Positions 55,979 through 63,929 of a DNA stretch of 64,000 nucleotides are shown here, piece by piece. How positions within the stretch are numbered: the first letter of the stretch is position 1; the number at the start of each line of letters is the position of its first letter. A program made the position numbers and the translations under genes. Origin of the DNA: Armatimonadota bacterium (GTDB taxonomy: Bacteria; Armatimonadota; Fimbriimonadia; Fimbriimonadales; GBS-DC); the NCBI GenBank assembly GCA_013359125.1, contig JABWCR010000004.1, positions 84,607-148,606 on the forward strand, given 5' to 3'. The notes below the pieces were generated by a model that saw only the letters and a program-made list of their open reading frames with translations, was not told the DNA's origin and ran no database searches.

Positions 55979-56833
55979 TTACTGCTTGCGCCGTCGCGAG
56001 CGCACCGCCAATGCGATCAAACCGCCGCCCAAGACGGCCATCGAGGCGGGCTCGGGCACGGGTTCGCCATAAATAAAGTCGTCCATGACGACGACATCGT
56101 GTCCGTTCAGCGGATCGTCGTTAGGGCCGCTGTTCAAACCCATTGCAGCGTTTCCGCTGAAGATTCGAACGCGGGAGACGATCCGATCGGCGAACTTGAC
56201 TCCGGCAAAGGAGAAACTTTCGTGAGGATTAACGCCCGCAGGAACGAAGATGGAGTAGATCAGACTGTTGTTGGCGTCGTAATACTCCATCTTTGTGCTG
56301 TCGGGCAGGTCGATGTCGGTAAACACGGCGCCAAACCCCGTAACCGTCGCCGGGAAGTTGGTACCGGCTACGAAGAAGCGCACGTCGGTAATGACGCTGT
56401 CGAGCGCGGTGAACAGCCTTTGCTGGCTGAACACGGCGAACTCGTTCGGATAAGAAGCGTTGATCCGAGCGTACTCGACCGGGGTATTGGTCGGGTTGCT
56501 GTCGTCCGCGCTCAAGAGAAACCCAGAGCCAGGCGTTGTGAACTCGGCGCCGCGGGCGCGGGGCGCGACCGGCGCGTTGAGAAAGTTGCCGGGGAAGAGG
56601 TTAGGATCCGAGAAGGCATCGCCCACCGCGTCCCAGTTGATTTCTCTTCTACCGTTTGGATTGCCCACGCCAGGCGTGTTGGCGTTGAGCGGTCCCAGCA
56701 GGGTTCTGTACTGATTGACGACGCTGAGCACCGCGGCGTGATCGCCAGAGCCGGCCAAGACGGTTTGGCCGTGGACCGGCAGCGCGACCGCCACCATGGC
56801 CGCTACCGTCAAAAAGATGTACTTGTTCGGCAT
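55979..56833 (-). CDS. secreted PEP-CTERM-anchored protein
   Basis: GGGAGG RBS. Signal peptide ...AVALPVHGQ. The C-terminus is VPEPASMAVLGGGLIALAVRSRRRKQ. Confidence 0.8.
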   Translation of the reverse strand: MPNKYIFLTVAAMVAVALPVHGQTVLAGSGDHAAVLSVVNQYRTLLGPLNANTPGVGNPNGRREINWDAVGDAFSDPNLFPGNFLNAPVAPRARGAEFTTPGSGFLLSADDSNPTNTPVEYARINASYPNEFAVFSQQRLFTALDSVITDVRFFVAGTNFPATVTGFGAVFTDIDLPDSTKMEYYDANNSLIYSIFVPAGVNPHESFSFAGVKFADRIVSRVRIFSGNAAMGLNSGPNDDPLNGHDVVVMDDFIYGEPVPEPASMAVLGGGLIALAVRSRRRKQ

Positions 56834-56951
56834 TTTGACCTCCCATTTCGACTGAATGTATGTTCAGTTTATCGATGGGAGGCCTCTTGCCGCATACGCC
56901 GTTTGGCCTATTTTGAGGCTGAAATTGTGCTACAAATTCTCAAAAAGCCGT

Positions 56952-58085
56952 TCAGCACCCCATGCCAAAGCCTTCTAAGACCATAGCCAGGTCGGAGTCG
57001 TCCACCACGCCGTCGCGGTTGAGGTCGGCATTGCGGCGGCCGGTTTGGCCAAACTCTTCCAGGACGATTGCCAGATCGATATCGTCCACACAGCCGTCAA
57101 AGTTAACGTCTGAATCGGGCACAGGGGTCAGCAGATAGCCGATGCCGTTGCCGTTCGCCACGATCTGGTTGTCGTTGTTGATGTCCCTGGCTTCTTGAAA
57201 CACGCCCAAAAAGTCGGCCGTTACTAAGTCGTTCAGGTCCTGCATCACCCCTGAATAGAGGAAGGCCCGATCGACACCGCCGCTTCGATAGAAGCCGACG
57301 ATCCATTCTGCATCGTTGATAGAATAGGCTTGAGAGACCGTTCCGCTCAAGGCGCCCAGGTCCTCGGACAGACCAAACCGCCATCGGCAGGCGCGGTTTT
57401 GGTTCAGGTGGTTGTTCGCATAGCCTACGATAACGCCCTCGTTGTTGATGGAATAGGCGCGGCCTATGCTGCCGCCGAGCAATGGCAACTCGTTTGCGAT
57501 TCCGAACTCGTACACGAAAGGCTTTTGTTCGTTCGATGCATTGGTAGAGTATCCTACCACTCGGCCCGAGTCGTTTATCCCATACGCCCAGCCCAAGTTT
57601 CCGCCTAGCGACGGTATTGCGGTCATTGAGGAGCCGTCATATCTATAGGCGCGATACTGGCTGTTGGACAACTGGGCCGCTCCGGCGATGAGCCCCGATG
57701 CGTTGATCGCCCACCCGTAGCTGCGCTGACCGCCAAGAGTCGGGATTGGAGCCATGTTGCCGTTTTCATACCGGAATCCTGTCGGAAGGCCGGATGCATT
57801 GTTCGAGTAGCCGACGATAACGCCCAGCGAGTTGATGTCGTAAGCCTCGCTGCGGTTGCCGCCCAAGAAGCCAAGCCCGGTCATCGTGCCGTTTTGCCAC
57901 ACAAAGGCCTCGATCGCCGACCCGCCGATGTTAGACCGTCCGACGACGATGCCGCTATCGTTCAACGCGTACGCCTCGGTCGTGCCCGTGCCGAGATTGC
58001 CGAGATTAGTTACTGCAAAGCGCTGCGCGAACGCCGTACCGACAAGCAGGGCCGCGCACGAAACGAGAATCGATTTGTTTAGCAT
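56952..58085 (-). CDS. secreted HAF-type repeat protein with a C-terminal GC-terminated dockerin-like module
   Basis: The ATG at 58085 follows GGAGG; the track's upstream extension is rejected. Signal peptide MLNKSILVSCAALLVGTAFAQ. About 7 repeats of AYxINxxGxIVGYS. The C-terminus is SDVNFDGCVDDIDLAIVLEEFGQTGRRNADLNRDGVVDDSDLAMVLEGFGMGC-stop. Confidence 0.75.
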   Translation of the reverse strand: MLNKSILVSCAALLVGTAFAQRFAVTNLGNLGTGTTEAYALNDSGIVVGRSNIGGSAIEAFVWQNGTMTGLGFLGGNRSEAYDINSLGVIVGYSNNASGLPTGFRYENGNMAPIPTLGGQRSYGWAINASGLIAGAAQLSNSQYRAYRYDGSSMTAIPSLGGNLGWAYGINDSGRVVGYSTNASNEQKPFVYEFGIANELPLLGGSIGRAYSINNEGVIVGYANNHLNQNRACRWRFGLSEDLGALSGTVSQAYSINDAEWIVGFYRSGGVDRAFLYSGVMQDLNDLVTADFLGVFQEARDINNDNQIVANGNGIGYLLTPVPDSDVNFDGCVDDIDLAIVLEEFGQTGRRNADLNRDGVVDDSDLAMVLEGFGMGC

Positions 58086-58105
58086 GGCTAAATAATACCT
58101 CCAGG

Positions 58106-58918
58106 TCAAGGAAAGAGTATTGGATTCAGTGGACTGGCAGCCGGTTCGCCCGGTTGCTGTCCCGGATGAAACGCTTGCAGATCGGCTTGGCGATGCGGGC
58201 TGTCCGGTTCCATAATCCGGGTGCCGTCGGGGTAGTAGATGACGGTCATGGCCTCTCGCATGTAACTGCTGCGATTGGGACCGGCCATGTGCAGCGTCAG
58301 GCCGGAGTGAAAGGTCGCATCGCCCGGTTGAAGCTCGTATTGCGTTGTCGGCCAGCCGCGCTCGGCCACCATCTTTTCGAATTCGACATGGTTTTCGTCG
58401 GAGATCGCTCGGTGGCCCAGGAAACCTTCTTTGTGAGAGCCATCGGCAAAACTCATGGCGCCCATTTCGGCCGTTACGGGACAGAGCGCCATCCACATCG
58501 TGATCGTGTTGTCGGTGTCCAGCGGCCAATAGTGCTGGTCTTGGTGCCACGGGGTGTTTTTACCGCCCGGTTCCTTGAACAGCGCCTGGTCGTGGTAAAG
58601 GCGAACGGACGGCGCGCCCATGAGCTGGGCCGCGATGGAGGCAAACCGTTTTGCGAATACGAACTCCCTGCATGGTGCGTTCAATTGCCAGAGGTTTGTG
58701 ATTTGCACGAACCGGCGCTGCTCGCCGCCAATGCCGGGTTGAATGTGGCGCTCTTCGGCTGCAATAGCGAGGGTGTTCGCAATGGCGTCGCGATAAGGCT
58801 GCAGCGCGTCGGGGTTAAGCAGCCCTCGAATCACCGCTCGACCGGTATCCCGATACTCTTCGACAACTTCGGAAGCGACCAGGAAAGGTTCGTTCAGGTT
58901 CACACGATAGATGTTCAC
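58106..58918 (-). CDS. phytanoyl-CoA dioxygenase (PhyH) family Fe(II)/2-oxoglutarate oxygenase
   Basis: ...YHDQALFKEPGGKNTPWHQDQHYWPLD... is the HxD motif. ...FHSGLTLHMAGPN supplies the distal His. The stop lies 20 nt before the HAF/GC-dockerin gene start. Confidence 0.75.
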   Translation of the reverse strand: MNIYRVNLNEPFLVASEVVEEYRDTGRAVIRGLLNPDALQPYRDAIANTLAIAAEERHIQPGIGGEQRRFVQITNLWQLNAPCREFVFAKRFASIAAQLMGAPSVRLYHDQALFKEPGGKNTPWHQDQHYWPLDTDNTITMWMALCPVTAEMGAMSFADGSHKEGFLGHRAISDENHVEFEKMVAERGWPTTQYELQPGDATFHSGLTLHMAGPNRSSYMREAMTVIYYPDGTRIMEPDSPHRQADLQAFHPGQQPGEPAASPLNPILFP

Positions 58919-58943
58919 CTGAAAGCGATAAGAATCCTGCTAA

Positions 58944-58982
58944 GAAAAAAAGGCCGGCAGCCAATAAAGCAGACTGCCAGCC
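58944..58982 (-). terminator. rho-independent terminator of the CHRD/PEP-CTERM gene
   Basis: On the minus strand: GGCTGGCAG, a 13-nt loop, CTGCCGGCC (one mismatch), then TTTTTTT. Confidence 0.65.
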
Positions 58983-59006
58983 TTTGACCTTGACTGTTCT
59001 AAGGAC

Positions 59007-59570
59007 TTAGTTTCGGCGTCGTCGGAGCGCCAAGGCGCCCAGTCCGCCAACCAGAGCGATCATCGATGCCGGCTCTGGCACCATGCACCACTGGCCGCGA
59101 ATCTCTCCGCCAGGGAACACGTTGGTGTGAACGTTGAAGTACAGATTACCAGCCATCAACGCAGCCTCGCTAGCGATCGGATTGGTCATGCTAGCGCCCG
59201 ACACTGTGTAGTGAATGACGCCGGGCGGGCTCTCCGTCCAGGTACCGGGGGCGCCCGTGTCGAACACGATTGGGCCGTTGGAACCTGCGGGCGCAACATG
59301 GTGATGCGCGCCTCGAAGGAAGTTCATGTTCAGCTGGCCGCCGGGCAACTGAATGCCCCAAACGTCAACGATCAAGGTGAACGTCTGATTGGAGTCATCA
59401 TAGAACATTGTGGCGGCGCCGAACGCATTGGTATTGCGCGGCGGCACTTCCTGGAAGCCTGTTAGAGCAGCCTGAAAGTGATGGATCATGGCCTCAGCCT
59501 TGGGCGCGCCCATAGTGAGCGAACCGGCGACCAAAGCCGCTGCAACAAGCAGCTTACAATTGAACCGCAT
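59007..59570 (-). CDS. secreted CHRD-domain protein with a PEP-CTERM anchor
   Basis: The ATG at 59570 lies 6 nt after AAGGAGG. Signal peptide present. CHRD-like blocks: LTGFQEVPPRNTNAFGAATMFYD..., GAHHHVAPAGSNGPIVFD, LYFNVHTNVFPGGEIRGQ. The C-terminus is VPEPASMIALVGGLGALALRRRRN. Confidence 0.8.
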   Translation of the reverse strand: MRFNCKLLVAAALVAGSLTMGAPKAEAMIHHFQAALTGFQEVPPRNTNAFGAATMFYDDSNQTFTLIVDVWGIQLPGGQLNMNFLRGAHHHVAPAGSNGPIVFDTGAPGTWTESPPGVIHYTVSGASMTNPIASEAALMAGNLYFNVHTNVFPGGEIRGQWCMVPEPASMIALVGGLGALALRRRRN

Positions 59571-59693
59571 ACTCATCCTCCTTTGCTTAAGATGGAGTCT
59601 TTCGACAAGGATTCTTCGCCCTCGCCGCTGAAGCAAGTTTACCCAAACGAAAGGCGATCCTTGCCTTCATTCCCTAAACATTCGCTTTCGCGG

Positions 59694-60740
59694 CTAAAGT
59701 TCCTGCATGGCGGCCAGAACGTTTATCATCTTTCTGCGAACGATGAGCCACTCCGCTTTTTCGGGGGTGTAGAGAACGTGATTGGTCAAGACTATAACCG
59801 CCGACTTCCGAGTTCGATCGATGACGATGGCCGTACCGGTGAATCCTGAATGCCCAACGACCTGGCGCGAAAAGAGGTCGCCCCGAGGCAGCATCTCGTT
59901 GGGCTCGGCAAACCACCCAAGGCAGTGCCAACCCAATTGGCCGTCAAGACGCACGTGCGGCGACAAAAATCGCTCTGTGGCCTGCGGGCTAAAGAGACCC
60001 TGACCCTCGTTCAACAGGCAACGAACATAGGTCATTAGATCGTCGATAGTCGAAAAGAGGCCGGCATGGCCGGCGACGCCGCCCATCCACCAGGCGTTTT
60101 CGTCGTGGACTTGGCCTTTCAAGGTGCTTTCGGGCCGGCTTCGGCTGTGCCCGGTAACGACCGCCCGTTTCTGTTGAGCTTCGTTTGGTCGATAGGTGGT
60201 TGAGTTCAACTTGAGCGGTGCAAAGATGTACTTTTTCGCAGCCTCATCCAGGCTTTGGCCATAAACTTGCGCCAAGATTTCGCCCAGCAAGATGTAGCCC
60301 AAGTCGCTATATTCGTACTCCGTGCCGGACGGTCGTTTGAGAGGCGTCGCCGCGATTTGCTCGATCGCGCTTTTGTCGGGAGTTTGGTAGAGCGCCTTCC
60401 AGGAGGGCAAGCCGCTGACATGGCCGATCAAATGGCTGACCGTAACATCTTTGAGATACTGGGCGTCCGGTATCCACTTCGTTGCCTTCTCCGCTAGGCT
60501 GATTAGGCCCAATTCCAACGCTTTCACCAACAGGGATCCGGTCGCAATGGGCTTGGTGAGCGAGGCCAGGTCGAACAGAGACGTCGAGGTCGCCTGTTCG
60601 TTCCTATCGGGATCAGAAAGCCCTCTAACTATCTTTACTTTTGCCCCGGTCGGCGTTACCAGAGCGCAGGCAGCGGCGGAGAAAACTTTAGATTCTATGG
60701 AATCGTCAACAAGATCTCTTAAGACTTCGGGGCTGCTCAT
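59694..60740 (-). CDS. serine hydrolase, beta-lactamase class C / penicillin-binding-protein family
   Basis: FDLASLTKPIATGSLL is the SxxK motif. YEYSDLGYILLGEI is YxN-like, and GHSGFTGT is the KTG-equivalent. I chose the Met at 60740, leaving a 63-bp divergent intergenic region. Confidence 0.8.
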   Translation of the reverse strand: MSSPEVLRDLVDDSIESKVFSAAACALVTPTGAKVKIVRGLSDPDRNEQATSTSLFDLASLTKPIATGSLLVKALELGLISLAEKATKWIPDAQYLKDVTVSHLIGHVSGLPSWKALYQTPDKSAIEQIAATPLKRPSGTEYEYSDLGYILLGEILAQVYGQSLDEAAKKYIFAPLKLNSTTYRPNEAQQKRAVVTGHSRSRPESTLKGQVHDENAWWMGGVAGHAGLFSTIDDLMTYVRCLLNEGQGLFSPQATERFLSPHVRLDGQLGWHCLGWFAEPNEMLPRGDLFSRQVVGHSGFTGTAIVIDRTRKSAVIVLTNHVLYTPEKAEWLIVRRKMINVLAAMQEL

Positions 60741-60803
60741 TCGCGGCGAAGTTCGACAGGACTTGCTCCGTTCCTGTCGTATAATCTGAACGGGAACACG
60801 CAT

Positions 60804-62111
60804 ATGAAACGAACTGCGCTGGTGGCGTGCTTGGTTACAATGACTGCCGTCGCACAAAATACCGACTATCCGGGCGCGCGCTGGATTCCGGCCAACAGCG
60901 GCAATCAAACGGCATCGAATCGCCCGGCGACGTATCCTGTCGATTACATTGTGATCCACGTAACCCAGGGTTCCTACAACGGCGCGATCAGCTGGTTTCA
61001 GAATCCGGCCTCTCGGGTTTCAGCCCACTATGTCATTCGCTCCAGCGACGGCGAGATTACGCAGATGGTGCGCGAGAAGGACATTGGCTGGCACGCGGGC
61101 AACTGGAACTACAACACTTGGTCGGTCGGGATCGAGCACGAGGGCTGGGTCGATCAACCGCAATGGTTCACGACCGCGATGTATCAGTCGTCAGCCGCGC
61201 TCGTTCGCGACATCTGCCGCCGTCAGGACATTCCGCGCAACCGTGTTTACATCATCGGACACAACGAGGTGCCCGGAGCGACCCACTCCGATCCCGGACC
61301 TTACTGGAACTGGTCGTACTATATGCAGTTAGTGCAATTGGAAGCCCTGTACCATTCGGCGCAATATCCCATTCAGATTCGACCGGGCGAACGGATCGTG
61401 GCGACCATTAGAATGCTAAACAGCGGCGCGACCGATTGGACCCCGACCGGGTCGAGCCATGCGCGATTGGGCACGGCCAACCCGCGAGACCGCATCAGCC
61501 CGTTCTTTACTCAAGGCGATTGGGTCTCTTACAACCGTGCGACGGGAGTCGATGCCCTGACGGCGGTCAACGCTGTCGGCGACTTTTCGTTCGTGTTGAC
61601 CGGCCCCAGGGAGTACGGCCAATACAGCGAGAGCTACCAATTGGTGAGGGACGGGATCACATGGTTCGGTCCTGTCGCAACCTACAATATTCTTGTGGTT
61701 CCTTGGGAAAAGCATTACGACAATCGACATGTCGATGCGACGTTTCACGGACAGTGGCGAACAAGCGAGATCGGCAACGATCGTTACGCCCAGGACTACC
61801 GATGGATACCCGTGTCGAGAGGCTCGACCGCGATTGCCCGCTGGCGGCTGAACGCGCCGATCGACGGTTGGTACGACGTATACGCTTGGTGGACGGCCGG
61901 ATCCAACCGAACCGCTTCGGCACCCTACGAGATCGTCCATTCGGACGGCGTGCTGCGCAAATCGCTGGACCAGACGACGAATGGCGGGCGGTGGAACCTA
62001 ATCGGCAGAGTGCGACTGGATGCAGGCGGCGGCAGCGTCTATTTGAAAGCAAACGGCACAAAGCCGGGGGTTGTGATTGCAGATGCGGTACGGATTATCG
62101 GTCCTTTTTAG
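60804..62111 (+). CDS. secreted N-acetylmuramoyl-L-alanine amidase (Amidase_2/PGRP fold) with C-terminal accessory beta-domains
   Basis: DYIVIHVTQGSYNGAISWFQNPASRVSAHYVI...IGWHAGNWNYNTWSVGIEHEG...IIGHNEVPGATHSDPGPYW. Confidence 0.8.
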   Translation: MKRTALVACLVTMTAVAQNTDYPGARWIPANSGNQTASNRPATYPVDYIVIHVTQGSYNGAISWFQNPASRVSAHYVIRSSDGEITQMVREKDIGWHAGNWNYNTWSVGIEHEGWVDQPQWFTTAMYQSSAALVRDICRRQDIPRNRVYIIGHNEVPGATHSDPGPYWNWSYYMQLVQLEALYHSAQYPIQIRPGERIVATIRMLNSGATDWTPTGSSHARLGTANPRDRISPFFTQGDWVSYNRATGVDALTAVNAVGDFSFVLTGPREYGQYSESYQLVRDGITWFGPVATYNILVVPWEKHYDNRHVDATFHGQWRTSEIGNDRYAQDYRWIPVSRGSTAIARWRLNAPIDGWYDVYAWWTAGSNRTASAPYEIVHSDGVLRKSLDQTTNGGRWNLIGRVRLDAGGGSVYLKANGTKPGVVIADAVRIIGPF

Positions 62112-62129
62112 TCTTGCAGGAGGCTCAAA

Positions 62130-63929
62130 ATGAGAGCATTTGGCATTGGCCTGATAATGGTCTTGCTCGCCGTTGCACAAGCCCAGGTCGACTTGAAGAC
62201 CGACTCAAGACTTTCCAAGACGATAACAGCCGAAGAGATGTTCTGGCCGCTCAGCGACTTCTGCAAATCGATGACGGAGACGACCGGCCTGCAGATTCGA
62301 GTCGCCAAGCATCTGGAGGCTCGCAAAGTCGCCGTCTTGGTCAACGATCGGCCTGCTTGGTATTTGATGGAGAAAGCGGCCGAGGTCTCCAACTGCGTTT
62401 GGAACAAGACGGACGACGGCTATACGCTGATGCAGACCCCTGCGGCGGCTGATTTGGAACGCAGGACGGTAGATGCGTTTGAGAAGGCTCGAAAGCAGGG
62501 ATTGGAAGACGCTATCAACTCGGCTCTAGCCAGTCGCAACGCCGACCTGAATAAGAAGATCGCTCGATTGGTCGATCTAAGAGATAGGTACGAGGAAGCA
62601 AGGCACGACCGCGACATTGCGGCTTCTATCAGCAAAGAGATAGCGAACTTAGAATCCGAATTTCAACGAGCAATTATTCCAGGCCTGCTGTTTGGAGCCA
62701 TGTCCAAAGAGCACTGGGGCAGATTTTGGGATGGCGACCCGCTCAAGGCATCATCCGACGGCGAAGCAGACATCAAACTCGGCAGCGACTTTCTAGCCGC
62801 GGTTGGCGCCATGCGAAACTTGCCCCATAGCCACGACGAACCGCGAACCGACATTCTGGGAGGCAAGGCCGACTTGGTCTATGATCCAGAACTTCACACA
62901 GTGCGTTTCCCGGTCGAGCTAAATGTAGATGGGGGAAGCTTTCGATTCTTATATGGCCTGTCAGACCATTTGGACTCAGATCGGTTCAGCGCCGCAGTAA
63001 AGACCTCGGTTTACGCCAAGTCGGTGGGGAATTGGGCTGTCGAAAAGCAGTCCAGTAGTTGGGATCTCGCTCTCGACCTGCGTCGTATCGATTCGGGAGA
63101 CGACCTCATCGAGAAACCGGACCATGCGCAAATGCTTGATTGTCTAAAAGACAACGGGTTCGAGTATGTGATGGATGCCTTTCGCGCAAGGCTGACTTTC
63201 TGGCCGAAGCTCTTAGTGCGCCAAGGTACGCTGAAGGAACTTGCAGAGTCCTTCCTTATTAGCGGCCGCGTACTGAGAATCGAGGGGAAGGCGATCGTTG
63301 GTCGTCGCATCGATGCGCCTGTGCTTGGCAGATATGAAATCGCGGAACGCCAGATCTCCCCGTATGAAGCGATCGTCGCCGAAACAAAGGGGCTAGAGCT
63401 CGACCAGTTGGCCAACTTTGCCCAACCGCTCTCAAAAATCCAGTATTCCTCATTGAGCGCTGACACATTCATCGCTTCGTGGCACCGCCTGGGTGAGATA
63501 CCGCAAGACATGTGGCCTGCCCTCCGACTATGGGCGCTTTTGACTGAGTTCCAAAAGGATCGAGCCAAGTCAGAGGAAGGGCTTCGAAAGTCACAAATGA
63601 CTCCGGTTCAACAAGCCAACTTCAATCGCGCCGCGCTTGGCGGCAGCGAGGGCATATTGCAGGCGCTAGACATTCAAATCTTGCCGGTGGCGAGAACTTC
63701 TACAGAGCCAATGATAAAAGCATTGCGCGATGAGTACCAAGGCTTTGAACCTCAAACCGTCAGCGGGATGGCCACGATCCCGCAAGGCGATCCTAACGAA
63801 GAGAACGACCCTCGACCGAAATTACCGATTAAAGTCATATCTTGGACGCTAGAAATTTTGCACCAAGATGGAACTGCAAAGTACGTCTATTCGATCGAGC
63901 GGCCACAAAAAGAGAAGGCGAAGCCATGA
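62130..63929 (+). CDS. secreted hypothetical protein (first of a tandem paralog pair)
   Basis: GGAGG RBS. Signal peptide MRAFGIGLIMVLLAVAQAQ. 599 aa with no recognised motif. Confidence 0.5.
   Translation: MRAFGIGLIMVLLAVAQAQVDLKTDSRLSKTITAEEMFWPLSDFCKSMTETTGLQIRVAKHLEARKVAVLVNDRPAWYLMEKAAEVSNCVWNKTDDGYTLMQTPAAADLERRTVDAFEKARKQGLEDAINSALASRNADLNKKIARLVDLRDRYEEARHDRDIAASISKEIANLESEFQRAIIPGLLFGAMSKEHWGRFWDGDPLKASSDGEADIKLGSDFLAAVGAMRNLPHSHDEPRTDILGGKADLVYDPELHTVRFPVELNVDGGSFRFLYGLSDHLDSDRFSAAVKTSVYAKSVGNWAVEKQSSSWDLALDLRRIDSGDDLIEKPDHAQMLDCLKDNGFEYVMDAFRARLTFWPKLLVRQGTLKELAESFLISGRVLRIEGKAIVGRRIDAPVLGRYEIAERQISPYEAIVAETKGLELDQLANFAQPLSKIQYSSLSADTFIASWHRLGEIPQDMWPALRLWALLTEFQKDRAKSEEGLRKSQMTPVQQANFNRAALGGSEGILQALDIQILPVARTSTEPMIKALRDEYQGFEPQTVSGMATIPQGDPNEENDPRPKLPIKVISWTLEILHQDGTAKYVYSIERPQKEKAKP
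62161..62210. repeat. 50-bp exact repeat, copy 1 (signal-peptide end plus the first mature codons)
   Basis: TCTTGCTCGCCGTTGCACAAGCCCAGGTCGACTTGAAGACCGACTCAAGA is identical to 63951-64000. Confidence 0.9.

Noticed and set aside
55934-56986. 350-aa plus-strand ORF opposite PEP-CTERM gene 55979..56833
   Set aside because: It is a shadow ORF. The minus-strand frame has an RBS, a signal peptide, a PEP-CTERM anchor and a terminator.
58086-58550. N-terminal 155-codon extension of track ORF 56952..58550
   Set aside because: The extension runs through the PhyH gene in another frame and is Arg/Pro-rich. The internal ATG at 58085 has a GGAGG RBS and is followed by a canonical signal peptide.
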